Below are positions 1-13,414 of a stretch of DNA of 64,000 nucleotides, in pieces. Where the stretch lies: the NCBI GenBank assembly GCA_951406725.2, contig OX597831.1:83514001-83578000 (forward strand), given 5' to 3'. Below the pieces are notes generated by a model that was given only the letters and a program-made list of their open reading frames with translations, was not told the origin of the DNA and did not search any database. Source of the stretch: Octopus vulgaris. Lineage: Eukaryota. Numbering within the stretch: the stretch's first letter is position 1; every line of letters begins with the position of its first letter. Position numbers and translations under genes: made by a program.

Positions 1-509
1 GCAGTATCGCCCGGCGTTGCTCGGGTTTGTAAGGGAAATAACTATATAAGCATTTTTAGAGAGTTACTTCCCTTATAGATGCCAATTCGGGCTTTCTTAG
101 CCATTTCTGTTTTGGTGTCTTCAAGCTATGAAGTCGTTGTTCTAAAAGAACGCTGGTCTCCTTGACAACGCTTTACGACGTTGATTTCCTTACACTCCCT
201 TCCCCACAGCTTCACGAGGGAGGGAAGAAGGGGGAGAAGCAAACAGGTGCAGGTGTGACCATGGACGCCAACTCCGCCGCCATCGACACACGAAAAATTA
301 TGCATTAAAATGGAATAAAAAATGATGTTAAATTATTTTTAAAATCGTAGACTCATCGTAGACGCGCGCTAATACTCAGACGGGCTCGATATGAATCACG
401 ACTATAAGATACCCGAATTTGGTTAAACTGCACCGCAAAATGTGGGAGTAGTTAGGAATCTAAATCGAAGGGGACAGACACTCACACAACTACAGTTTTA
501 TATATATAA
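1..509 (-). mobile_element. Probable non-autonomous Helitron (~0.5 kb; 3' terminus at or just beyond the window edge)
   Basis: The minus strand reads a GC hairpin CCCGAGCAACGCCGGG followed by CGATACTGC at the window start, matching a Helitron 3' hairpin with a short spacer (the expected CTAG would lie outside the window). The other end reads TATATATATAAAACTGTAG, a common Helitron 5' style. No ORF. Confidence 0.5.
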
Positions 510-559
510 TAATATAAAATAAGATCTTACCGGCCAAAGCTATGTCAGTGGGCCCATTA

Positions 560-1297
560 AACAACTAACAGCGCATTTGAATAAATAACGATGTCATTAA
601 AAAATTAACGTGCCATTAAATAAATTTGGAAAATCATGGTAGAAATGTTTTATGAAATGACAGCTGGTGTTGAAAGTCAATTAGTTTCAAAACTTACGGT
701 AAATGAGTTCTCACTTCAAATAGATGAATCAACTCTACCTGATAATTCTGCTTTTTTAATGCCATTTGTTAGGTTTCTTAATGTCAATGATTTATGTCAA
801 GAATTGCTTTTTTGCTTTGAAATTAACGACCGACACAAAAAAGGAATCCATCTTCAAAAACTTGAAGCCTATTTTGAAGAAAATAACATTCCATTGAAAA
901 ACATTTTGGCTTGCGAAACAGATGGCGCTGCTGCTATGATAGGAAGATATCGGGGATTCAATGCTTACTTTAAAAAAGTTGTTCCTAATGTGCTTTGTGT
1001 TCACTGGGTTCTTCATTGACAGAATCTGGTTGCCAAACACATAGCAGGACGTTTGAGTGATGCACTTATAAATGTTATCGAAGCTGTCAACATGATAAAA
1101 AAAAGAATGCACTGCAAGATCGCCTCTTGAAGCAATTATGTAAAAATAACGACGAGGAATTTGAACGACTTGTGTTGCATACCGAAGTCAGATGGCTATC
1201 CAAGAGTAATTGCCTGCATCCACTTTGTTGCACTTTGAGACACTGTAATCTCTTTTTTGAGTGAAACAGAGCTTGGAGACAAACTTGTTGAAGTAAA

Positions 1298-1300
<3 letters not shown>
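560..1300 (+). pseudogene. hAT (Buster/Charlie, SCAND3/ZBED-like) transposase remnant
   Basis: Motifs FSLQIDEST, TDGAAAMIG, VHWVLH (CxxH position), and downstream LHTEVRWLSKSNCL. Contains frameshifts and a stop. Confidence 0.85.
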
Positions 1301-1332
<32 letters not shown>

Positions 1333-1375
1333 GTAATAATAATAATAATAATAACAATAATATATATATATATAC

Positions 1376-1422
<47 letters not shown>
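1299..1422. repeat. (AAT)n followed by (TA)n microsatellite
   Basis: Directly visible. Confidence 0.95.
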
Positions 1423-1427
<5 letters not shown>

Positions 1428-1429
1428 AA

Positions 1430-1618
1430 TGTGACCGTGTGTGTACCGTTGGCGATTTGTTTTCCTCTGTCTTCCTTTCTCTGGATCTTTCCTTCTCCTA
1501 TGTTTCAGACGAAGAGCTCCGCTCGAAACGTTAAACCCTCTTTCTTTCCTTCTTTTCTGAGGGTCCAATAATACTCGCGTTGTTGTGTTTTTTTGTGCTT
1601 TCTTGTTTGGATTAACTA
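1430..1618 (+). mobile_element. ~190 bp dispersed repeat (PLE pLTR-like) with minimal hammerhead motif, copy 1
   Basis: Near-identical to 3760-3960 and flanked by (TA)n. HHR-like GTTT-CAGACGA-a-GAGC-tcc-GCTC-GAAA-CGTT-AAAC at 1502-1536. Confidence 0.7.
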
Positions 1619-1632
1619 TATATATATATAAT

Positions 1633-2284
1633 TATTTAACAATTAATTATCAGGTAGATAGCGTGAAAAGACTAAATTCCTTTTTAAATGTCTTGCTTTG
1701 GAAAAATTGCATTGGGTATGATTAGTAAAATTTTTTGGTAGAAATGACTAATGTCCCTCTTAGCGTGTGACATGTATGTGTAATAATGCCCTCTATATAT
1801 AAATTAATATGTTCAATAAGAAAGAATTATTTTCGAAATTTTTCTCCTATGAGGTTTTTCACGCTATCTATCTGATAATTTCTTGTTAAGATTCCTTATT
1901 AAGAAGTTATCCTTAATTGTTAAATAATTTTATTCCGAAAAAACTTTTCCTATCCGAAATGCAATTCGAAGAAGCCTGCCATTTACCGGATGTATTATAT
2001 GTAAACTTCCCCATGTGCGTCGTTGGGGTTGAACAGATAGCTGTTCGGCTTTGACGGTACAGGTTCGTTTATTTATGATGTGTTCAGAATCAGTCTTGCT
2101 GATGAGTACGGTCGAATCTGCGATAAGTACGAAATCACAGGTGATACAAGACTAAATTCCCTTTTTTAAATGTCTTGCTTTGGAAAAATTGCATTGGGTA
2201 TGATTAGTAAAATTTTTTGGTAGAAATGACTAATGTCCCTCTTAGCGTGTGGCATGTATGTGTAATAATGCCCTCTATATATAA

Positions 2285-2290
<6 letters not shown>
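1633..2290 (+). mobile_element. Retrozyme-like element: ~480 nt unit plus ~140 nt terminal redundancy and a short 5' inversion
   Basis: 1668-1810 is repeated at 2148-2290. 1633-1667 is the reverse complement of internal segments near 1855-1880 and 1914-1925. Contains a full hammerhead, sits in (TA)n, and has a homolog at 42217-42735. Confidence 0.75.
2092..2153 (+). ncRNA. Type I hammerhead ribozyme with intact core
   Basis: Stem I AGTCTTG/CAAGACT, core CTGATGA (2099-2105), stem II GTAC/GTAC, GAAA (2131-2134), stem III TCAC-ag-GTGA, NUH triplet AUA. Predicted cleavage after 2146. Confidence 0.85.
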
Positions 2291-2343
<53 letters not shown>

Positions 2344-2489
2344 TGGGTTAAGTTAGAGGTTATAACAACCGTCTAAAGGATATTTGTATCCAATGAATCA
2401 ACTGGTGTATTACCCATGTGTGATTATGAGTATTGGTATTAAGGCTCATAAATGATAGGTAATGACAAGAATAAACCTAAGTTTATATT

Positions 2490-2704
2490 TAAGGAAAAGA
2501 GAAAATGGAGATAAAATTGATGATTCATAATTGATGAACATCCATTATCATTTATTGATTATAAAAAGACAAAATCTCATCTGACAACTGTTTCAGTGTG
2601 CGCCAACAGAAACAGCGGTCAGATTTTGTCTCAATAACAAAAATTATAATGGATGTTCATCAATTATGAATCATCAATTTTACCTCCATTTTCTGTTTTC
2701 CTTA
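2490..2704. repeat. Long imperfect inverted repeat (~105 bp arms, 14 nt spacer)
   Basis: TAAGGAAAAGAGAAAATGGAG...CTGACAACTGTTTC is mirrored by GAAACAGCGGTCAG...CTCCATTTTCTGTTTTCCTTA. Confidence 0.85.
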
Positions 2705-2707
2705 TAG

Positions 2708-2774
<67 letters not shown>

Positions 2775-3449
2775 GATACACACGAATACATAAAAATATA
2801 TCTGTATGCATAAACATAACTTAGGTTGTTTGTTTACATAAAATGTATAGCATTTGTCTTGTATATGTATAAACTTGAATATGTCAACATAAATAGAAAC
2901 ATGAAGGCAGTTTATCATGGACGGATATTTTCGTAGATTACTTCAACAGTTTCAAATTCCCAGGCAGGGCTTGACTCTGTTTGGGCAAGCCTAGTAATAT
3001 TATTGGGAAGAATTTATCTCTTGTGTAAAAGTGGATGTTTGATAAAAGCGGAAGAGCTGAAGAGAAAGAATATTTCAAGGAGTGTTTTGTTTATTTCACT
3101 TGATAAGAAAAGACAGAGTCAAGAAGGATATAAAGTCTGTCTAATATGATGTCTTAAGTGAAATTGTGACAGGCAAATGAATGGGGCGAAATGGAATGGG
3201 AAGAGTCCAGTTTGGAAATATTCTTGACATTTTGACTGAGAATTATACAGTTTGCCAAACCACTCTTCGTACGACAAGTTAACGAAGGAAATGTTCTAAT
3301 TAACAATATAATCAAAGCAGACGTGATTAGATAGTAATGAACACAAATGGAATTCTTCATTCTTTAAAAATCTATCGAGAAATAAACACAAATAAATCAA
3401 AGAATATTCGGTTCCTGGTAATAGATGATGGAGCCCGACTTGTATATGT

Positions 3450-3482
<33 letters not shown>

Positions 3483-3759
3483 CCTTCGAAACACGCATTG
3501 AGTTGAAACAGGGGCAGCTGAAGAAGGGGAATGTTCCTTGTGTTGTTTGTCTTGTACCCTGTTTTTTCGTTGTTAAAAAAAGTCCGGTTCCTTGTTTGTT
3601 TTATGTTTTCGTTTCGCGTTCTGTTCTACGTTTATTTGTGGTGTCCTGTACTCATATATGCATGTATATATACATATAGATGTAGGTATATACATATATG
3701 TATGTATGTATGCATATGTTTTATTTATTAAATTGTTATTGTATATATATATATATATA

Positions 3760-3960
3760 TGACCTCGTGTGTACCATTGGCGACTTTTTTCCTCTGTCTT
3801 CTCTTCTCTGGATCTTTCCTTCTCCTATGTTTCCGACGAAGAGCTCCGCTCGAAACGTTAAACCCTCCTTCTTCCCTTCTTTCCTGAGCGTCCAATAATA
3901 CTTTATTTGTTCCACGTCCTTGCGTTGTTGTGTTTTTCTATTTTATTGTTTGGATTAACT
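3760..3960 (+). mobile_element. ~200 bp dispersed repeat with minimal hammerhead motif, copy 2
   Basis: Homolog of 1430-1618. GTTT-CCGACGA-a-GAGC-tcc-GCTC-GAAA-CGTT-AAAC at 3829-3863, with (TA)n on both sides. Confidence 0.7.
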
Positions 3961-4173
3961 ATATATATATATATATATATATAATGTTGTCACTTACTAA
4001 TGGAAAAATATCTATATCTGCCATTTTCTGAACGAAGACCACGCATTGCTTCTTCAGTTTATAGAACAACACAACTTCATGGTCAACAGTAAAATGCCAA
4101 TGATAGGAAGAACTTCAGCTAAAATTGATATGTGAACAATTCACACACATATACGCACACACGCACACGCACG

Positions 4174-4207
<34 letters not shown>

Positions 4208-4809
4208 AAGAGAATTATTCTAAATATTCAATTATCTCTGTGCCTAATGACTGTAAAGCGAATGGGCTACACAAAACAACAACAACTACTACTACTACTA
4301 TTACTACTACTACTACTACTACTACTACTACCACTACCACCACCACCACCACTGCTGCTACTGCTGCGACTCTTACTATAACTTATAATTCATATATTTT
4401 AATAGGGTTGAACTCATTATTGCTTCTATTTTGTTGTCGCTTCTTGGTGAAACCGATTTGGGATGAAGATGAACTAATTATTATGTTCATTAAATCAATA
4501 AAAATTCTAAATTATAATTAGGAATGAAAATTGAACTCAAAGTTCAAAGATATTGTATTAAATAACAAGAAATTCTTTGCCAGTCCTGAAGCTGTAAGTT
4601 ACCAATTGTTTCTTTGTGTTTGATTACATTGTCACAGTTCAAAACTCCACTAGTAACACACACACACGCGCGCAAACGTGTATATATATATATATATGCG
4701 TGTGTGTATGTGTGTGTGTGCGCGCGTGTGTAGTCAGTCAATCATAAATCCGAAAAAGAAGCACTGTAAGTTATACAACAGTAGAGTATATAGATAAAGA
4801 TAGATATGG

Positions 4810-5310
4810 CCTGCCGATGGGGTTACCCTGTGTTTCACACCCATCGAGCGCTTAGCTTTACAGCGTTTCTTCAGACCTTTCAGACCCCATGGTCTTTTTA
4901 GCAAGTGGCCTCTCTAGAAAATGAAGGAGGAAAAGACTTCGTTACTTCGTCAACAAAAAGGGATTGTCTCTTCTGACCGCTATTAGTTGACCATGTTGGT
5001 TTGTGAATCCCAGGGCAATAGCAGGAATTTTTTGATGTGTAAGCAGCATACGAAGGCCTCCGCCCTGGAGTTAAGGATGTTCCCGGGTCGAGGGAGTCCT
5101 GTGATATCCTCATCCGGTTGGCTATGCACAGTTTACAACGCTCGAACCCATTTATATAGGGGCCTGGATTTTCTAGGGTCTTCCATGATATTACGTGTGA
5201 AGTTCTTTCAGCCACCATACATGGCTGGCTAAGGACGTAGCGTATCTCCTTTCTGGAATTCTGAAAGAGGATCTGTGGTTGGAGAGGCGCTGTTTGAACG
5301 TGTTACCGGC
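4810..5310 (-). mobile_element. Penelope-like element 3' fragment (GIY-YIG C-terminal region plus 3' UTR with degenerate HHR)
   Basis: TFKQRLSNHRSSF...TSLASHVWWLK and ISWKTLE..PY....RCKLC match PLE endonuclease C-termini. HHR-like motif at 4821-4877. Confidence 0.7.
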
Positions 5311-5519
5311 ACCAACAACAACAGTAGCAGTAGCTTCAACAGAAACAGAAACAAAATCACCAACACCTGCACACGGTGGCACATCGGACGTTCCGGTTGC
5401 TGGTGGAGGGCAATGCGACGAGGCTTTTTGAATTAAGAGAGCTCCCGCTGTTTTCCAATATATGGTTGAGTCGGTGGGATGGTTGAACTGTCGAAGCACC
5501 CGGCTGTGTGCACATAAGA

Positions 5520-6560
5520 ATCTCAGATGGAGAAATTTTGGAATGTCTTACAAATCTTCACTGTGCTACTAATAGACTTGATTTGTCAGTTCTTTTTGCT
5601 CTTTTTCCATATAACCGAATATTTCTAAGGTTTTGAGCAAATGTGTTGGTACATAACATAATGCATCCATGGTGATAGGTACAAATGAGGATTCATAATC
5701 ACGGTACAAGAGCCGTAAGTTCTGCATTAATCCGCCAGATGTCTTTCTCCTAGACTTTTCACCGAACATTCACATCTGCTGGGCAGCTGTCCTCTGCATG
5801 ACTCTTGTTCCCTGTGTCACAGAGAAATATCAGGTTTGTTACGTTTGCACCGCACTGATGCTTTTATCGGGGTGTTCCACCATAAATCTTATTCCTTGTT
5901 TTTAAAGGTGTGGATACCTTCTGGTTCTGACATGTCTTTAATGTATACGTCAGGGTAATCATTCCAGCAGATAGCATTGTAAATAGCCTTTGCAACTAGA
6001 TCAGGCCTCAGGGGTAAGCAGTAGACATTTTGGGGTAGCTGTTGATGATGTGGTCGATATCTTCCACACTGGTATAGCAGAGCCGACATCTTTTATCATA
6101 ACGTGGAGGTTTGATGATATCTTTGTCTCTCGCTATCCTGTTCCTGGATAGCGATGGCATATCGTTCTAGATGGGATGTAATATATTTATCACAAGTCCA
6201 GGAGAGGTTACTCTTCCTGTCAATACTGCTGATGTCTTCTATCTTGTGGGATATGTACCCAAGCATTGCTTTTTGTGGGCATAATACCTGCTTCTTTTCC
6301 AAGCTTATGTTTAGGTAGGTCAGCCCAGTCCCCTTTGGGTTGCATGAGACAGTTATATTCTCAGAGTACATGCACAGTAATTCTCCAATTCTGTAGATGT
6401 TGCCTTCACTTTTGGGCATGCATAGACTGTATTAATTTCTTTCTCTATTGTTCAGCAGGTGATGTCTACGAGATACAATGCACATTCAAAGGCTGTTTAG
6501 ACTGTCATCTCTTCGTCTCACATAAATCTTATTAGTGTCGCTGTTAATGTAGAAGTTACC
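5520..6560 (-). mobile_element. Decayed R4/Dong-like non-LTR retrotransposon (restriction-like endonuclease end)
   Basis: Frameshifted pieces AIAIQEQD, VAKAIYNAIC, WNTPIK..RCKRNKPDI and FVPITMDALCYVP resemble an RLE-clade C-terminus. Confidence 0.6.
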
Positions 6561-7699
6561 AGTGGTGGTCGGTACCGTACTGATTTTGATGTCCAGATGC
6601 GTATCTCATCACGTGAATGTACGTTATAAGAGAAAAAGAGAGGGGAGAGAGAAAGAGAGGGAGGGAGAAAGAGAGAAATATATGTTATCTTCATCTATGA
6701 ACCAGCGTTACATAGGCGGCAGTCTTATCTCCGGAAATATCGCTGTCGATAAACAACAATACAAGATTAATTCCCTGCAACACAGAGTGAAACAGATAAA
6801 TCTTCAATAACAATAAATTAGATTCCTTTTAGAATCTATTTCTCTTTATTTTCTATGAATTTTGTTGACATTTGCTTCGCTTTATAATGTTACGACTAAG
6901 TATTATTGGGGTGTGATAAGCAACTTTGACATCTTCCAGCAGCTGTCATTAAGTAAAATCTGTGTCTTTCAGAGAGATTTGAAAAATCATGCAAGGACTT
7001 TTTAGACGGTACGAAGATTCGGCGCCACCATTAGAAACTGCAATCAGTTAACAAGTTTCTTGATTACCAAAGTTGTTAAAACGGAAAGAGAAAGCAACTT
7101 TAAGAACAACAGTAGCAACAACATCTACAACAACAACAATGATATTGAGAAAAACGTAATAAAAACACGGAATGCTATTTCAGTGAAAAAGAAAAAGAAA
7201 ATACCAAACATTTGAGGGAAAACAAAGAAAGAAAAAAAGGGTTTAAAAGTTGAATGAGAAATCAGGAGACATGTTTGTCCGTTTTCTGTGAAAACGGGAG
7301 AGATTAGGGTTAGGGTTAGGGAGAGATTATATCCAAGGTAATGGAACGACGCAAACAGGAGATAGGTTATAAGGAATTTGGTAGAATTTTATTGTAAACA
7401 ATGTTTAGGTACATGACAACAGCACTTCTGTTGCAACTAAGTAGCTTTGTTTTCGCAATCATACAACTAAATGTGCATCGAATATTGCAGTCGTGTGTCG
7501 AATATCCACAGAGATACAGAATAAACTGAGTCCAATTACGGTATCGATGACAATTTTATCGATTTTTGTATTGAATAAGTAGAGGAGAGGAAATAGATTT
7601 GTTGGAAATATCATCTTGTAACATTCCTACGTTTTCAAAGTTCTATAAGGTGACATAAATTTTGCTGGAGAATTTCTTACAGTATTTAGTTGTGTTACT

Positions 7700-7790
7700 T
7701 TACTTTCTGAGTTCGAATTCTAATGAAGTCACTTCCATCCTGCAAGAAATTGTCTTTGTTTTTCATTGTTTTAACGTCGATAAAATAATT
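7700..7790 (+). mobile_element. Degenerate tRNA-derived SINE fragment (Nin/Deu-like core)
   Basis: TTCTGAGTTCGAATTC B-box followed by CTTTGTTTTTCAT...GTCGATAAAATAA. Similar to 22150-22290. Confidence 0.45.
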
Positions 7791-8130
7791 ATTTTAGTCA
7801 ACATAATCCTGCCAATGCATCTATGGTATTTAGTTTAAACTTGATTTACTTTCTTCAGAGTGTGATGCTGTCTTGATAGACTTTTGACCAACACCGTCAG
7901 TTCCATAGTTTGGCACTGAGCACGTTCTGTCGGCGTTGAACACTGAGTACGTCTTCAAAGAGACGATTCACTGCAAATCGTGTTGAACGGGAGGCGGAGA
8001 AGCGAACTTTCTCCTATCTTCTTTGATGAAACACCGACTTGAACTTTCAATAGTCACTAAAGTCATGTCTATTCCCTGCTTACCACACCCAAACACCCTC
8101 ATCTTCATACCACCACTGCTGCTGCTGCTG

Positions 8131-8188
<58 letters not shown>

Positions 8189-8677
8189 ACAGGCTTCAAC
8201 GTTTCATTTAATACAATAAAAATGGTGGATGCAGTGGATACATCTGTTCGCTGGCATCATCAGCATCGCAGTTATCACAATTAAAGCTATTAGTAACACT
8301 ATCACCGCCGCCACCCTCACCACCGCAACCCTTACTAATACCCCTACTCCTCCACCATTACGCATCTATGATATGATCTCTCAATGTGTGAAATACCAGA
8401 TAATCGTGTCGGCTGCTAAAATGGTGGATTGCAAGCAAACGTCAGCCATGAATATTAGGAGATAACAAAAGTTGGTTGAATCACAGGATATCTGCATATT
8501 AAAGGTAGACGACGCTTTATACTTGGTGTGTGTGTGTGTGTGTACATGCGTGTGCGCGTGCGAGTATGTGTGAGCGTGTGAGTGTGTCTTCGAGCTTGTT
8601 ATGAGAGTCTGTTTATGTGTGTATATACATGTGTATGTGTGTATGTGTGTATATATGTGTGTATATATGTGTGTATA

Positions 8678-8730
<53 letters not shown>

Positions 8731-9476
8731 TATACTGTCTATATATGCATATGCACATATAAACGCACAAATACACACAGTCACACAGAAACACACACAC
8801 ACTCACATACATACATATATACAAACATACATACATACATACGTACATACATACACGTTTCCATTTTATGATAACCACATTTTCTGATAACAGTGTGTAT
8901 AAAATAATCGAGAATTTTAACTGCTGCCTTTCCCACTGTTAAACACTCTTAAGGTGATAAATTCAAGCTTAAGACCATGTTTATATACGTACATAAAACA
9001 CACACACACACACACACACACGCACATGCAAAATGTACTTTCCTGCTACTCTGAGCAATTTTTTATTTCCAAAAAAGTATTTGTAAATAAGCTATTATAC
9101 TCACGAGACAAACGTAATAGGTGATCAGCAGAATTTTGCCATCGCAACCTCACGAGAAGGGTAAAGGTCAAACAACTTGATGATTGCTTTCTTCTGTTAA
9201 AGAAAATTTGCCAATAAATGTTTCAGCTTTTACATTTTTGCAGTCCATATCCGTGGTCTTTTCGGGTAAATTTTTCGATGTGGTCGATACTGTGACACAC
9301 AGACATACGCACACACACACACATATACACACACACACATACACACACACACACACATACACACACACACACACGCACGCACACAGGTTGTGATAGTTAT
9401 TCTGAAAGTCCGTCGTCAGCTATTTACTAATCTCTTTACTAATCTGTTAAAATTGGCCGTAGTAATAGGAAAGTAC

Positions 9477-10575
<1,099 letters not shown>

Positions 10576-10649
10576 TGTGCGTATCGACCAGACTGTCGGA
10601 TATTGCTATACATCGCTTTGTTTCAATACACTTTACATCGTTTTAGCTC

Positions 10650-10845
10650 TTTCGAATGGTACCATTCGGATTGCCGGACTAGCAGAGTCCAACACTCCTC
10701 CTGATCGGAAGGGTGACCCATTTACAGCTGAATGAATTAGAACAACGTGAAATGAAGTGTTTTGCTCAAGAACACAACACGCAACCGGACTGAGAATGGA
10801 AACCTTGATCTCACAATCATGAGTGCAGCAATTCTAAACACGAGG
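10650..10845 (-). mobile_element. CORE-type SINE (Octopus OR-like), degenerate
   Basis: TGAAATGAAGTGTTTTGCTCAAGAACAC resembles the reverse-strand CORE/MIR domain, with a tRNA-like remnant to its right. Confidence 0.55.
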
Positions 10846-10984
10846 TTCTGAATTTCACGTTTTATTTATCTATTTACTTATTTTGTATATTTCACAATAT
10901 TACTTATGACTTGTAAGTCCCTTCATAACTTCCGCAATTTTCAGGTTTATGTAGTAGCATTATATGAAGGCGCGTGGCTTAATG

Positions 10985-11015
<31 letters not shown>

Positions 11016-11060
11016 GTATGTATGTATGTATACACAAACATGCACGTGCGTTCACATATA

Positions 11061-12290
11061 CAGGGTGCGTAAGGTATTCGAGGACATATGTTAATTTTAC
11101 TATAGCAGTATATTTATCAATAATAATATTTCCTATATTTCAGAATTATCAATGGCAGACCCAATGATTTCACAAGAAATGAAGAGGCACGCAGTCATCA
11201 TGGCTATAAAGGTTGAACATAGCAATTTAGAAATAGCACGATTTTTAAAAGTTGCTTGCTCCTTCGTCTACAAACTTCGCAAGGAGTTAGAGGCTAAAGA
11301 CGGAAGTGTATCACCAGTATCAAAACGCAAGAAACATTGTAGACGCACTGATACTATTAGAACACCAGAATCTATTCAACAAGTAAAGCTGACCGTTGAT
11401 GACAATCTCAGAAGATCTATGATGTTGATTGCAAAATAATACCATGTGTCAGAAGGAACAATCCGAAATATTATCCACAAGGATATCAGATACAAATCTT
11501 ATGCGATGAACAAAGGTCATTCCATGTCAGAAACAGTGAAGGAAAATCGCTAAATCAGATCTAAAAGACTCCTGAACAAACTTAAAAACCCAGCAGAGAA
11601 AGATATCATTTGGTCAGACGAGAAAAACTTTGATCAAGATCAGAAAGTCAACAGAAAAAAATGACAGATGGCGATGTACAGACCCTTCCAAAGTTCCAAG
11701 AGTGATGCATACAAAATTTTCTGCAACTGTCACGGTTTTAGGGGGTTGTCAGCAATGAAGGACATGTGATGCCTCCTCACTTCTTTCCACAAGGTCTTCG
11801 ACTAAACTCTGCTGCCTATATAGATGTTCTGATTACAGTGGTTAATCGATAATGTACGCAATGGAAGACCTTATGTGTTTCAACAAGACTCGGCACCATT
11901 ACACAAGGCTACAGCAACGCAGGAAAGAATGGCGGAACATTTCCATGACCACATAACCCCTAATATTTAGTCTCCTAGCTCCCAGATCTTAATCCATGGG
12001 ACTACTATGTATGGAGCGTAGTTGCGAAAGAAGTTAATGAGCACCCTCATGATATCAAAGAATCCATAAAAGCCTCCACAGTCAGAGTAGAGTCCAATAT
12101 GACTACAGACCACTTCATCCTAGCAAATAGGCGATTCAGACCTCGCATAGAAGCTGTTATTGAAGCTGAAGGAGACTTTATTGAATAAAATGACGAAACA
12201 ATATGTTTATTGTTGTCCTGAAAACCTTTTTTCAGTAAAAAAGCGTTATTGTCTGTTTTCCAAGAGTCATTTTTGTGTAAGTATAAAACT
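11061..12290 (+). mobile_element. Tc1/mariner-superfamily DD37D (maT) transposon, pseudogenised
   Basis: TA|CAGGGTGCGTAAGG left terminus. Transposase 11152-12188 has SDEKNF, FQQDSAP and SPDLNPWDY, with 37 positions between the second and third D. Contains stops and frameshifts. Confidence 0.9.
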
Positions 12291-13029
12291 GTCGATTAGA
12301 AGTAGAGTAACACGGTGTGCGAGGAAGTTGGACAACAACCAGAGTTAATCCAACAGATAATGACGCAGCCTCCATCAGTCCACTTTCACTGGGTTGACTC
12401 CAACTATGATATGAGATACTTGCTCAAGATATCACGCAGGTGGCTCGAACAGAATTTCATGATTTGCAAGGACATTTTTATACATACGTCTGTGTGTGTG
12501 TGCGTGCGTGTATATGTGAGTGTGCATTTATGTGTGTATGTGCATTCATGAATGTGAGTGCACGCGCGCGCTGTGGGCGGAATTATTGAATTGATAGTTC
12601 AATGAGACATTGAAAGAAGTCAAATTTAATTAAGGTTTTTCTTTTATTACTTAAAACGGCTGTAAACCATCGCCTTTTGCCCTCAAAGTGTCAAATTGAT
12701 TTGCTTTAATTTTTTTCAAAGCAACTTGTTTGAAAGTCAACTTCGCCATCTTCTTTTATGTTATGGTGCAAGATGAGGAAACCCATAAAAGGAAATTGCG
12801 ACATTGGTCAATGAATTACCAATAAAGTTATTCGTTTCGTTCTATTCTTTGTTAACGATTTCTTTCTATTCCGTTGAAGGCTGATATGTGTGTATATATA
12901 TATGTGTATATATATATGTGTGTGTATGTATATATATATATATGTGTGTGTGTATGTATATATATATATATATATGTATGTATATATATATGCACATATA
13001 ACATTTATATATACACATATAAATGTGAT

Positions 13030-13400
13030 ATCTTTTACTGGTTTCAGTGCAGGGCTGGGGTATGCTGGTGCACCACCTGAGGTTACTCGGTGTTGTTTCC
13101 GATATTGTTTTTGGTGAAGTAGCCATTCCTTGAATATTTCCACATCAACTCCATGTAGATCTCTAAGGTTGCCTGGAAGGATGTTGAACAATTGCAGGCC
13201 CTTGAAACCCAGACTATTGCGGTACTGTGTCCTTATTTTAGAGGGGAAGACGGGATACTTGGTATGATGCAGTGCCGTCCAGTTTGGGGGTTGGTATAGC
13301 TGTCAATTCCAAAATTGGGAGCTAAATCCTCCAAGATCTTCCAAATATATATCACCACATATCTCTCTCGTCTTCTCTCCAGCGAAGAAAGACTCAGTAG
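13030..13400 (-). mobile_element. CR1-group LINE 3' fragment
   Basis: [19 protein letters not shown] and FNILPGNLRDLHGVDV, plus a 3' GGTGCACCAGCAT motif. Confidence 0.85.
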
Positions 13401-13414
13401 TCTTATTTTTATCA

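Noticed and set aside
3483-3540. GAAA and CTGAAGA motifs suggesting another hammerhead
   Set aside because: Could not build convincing stems I and III or place a cleavage triplet.
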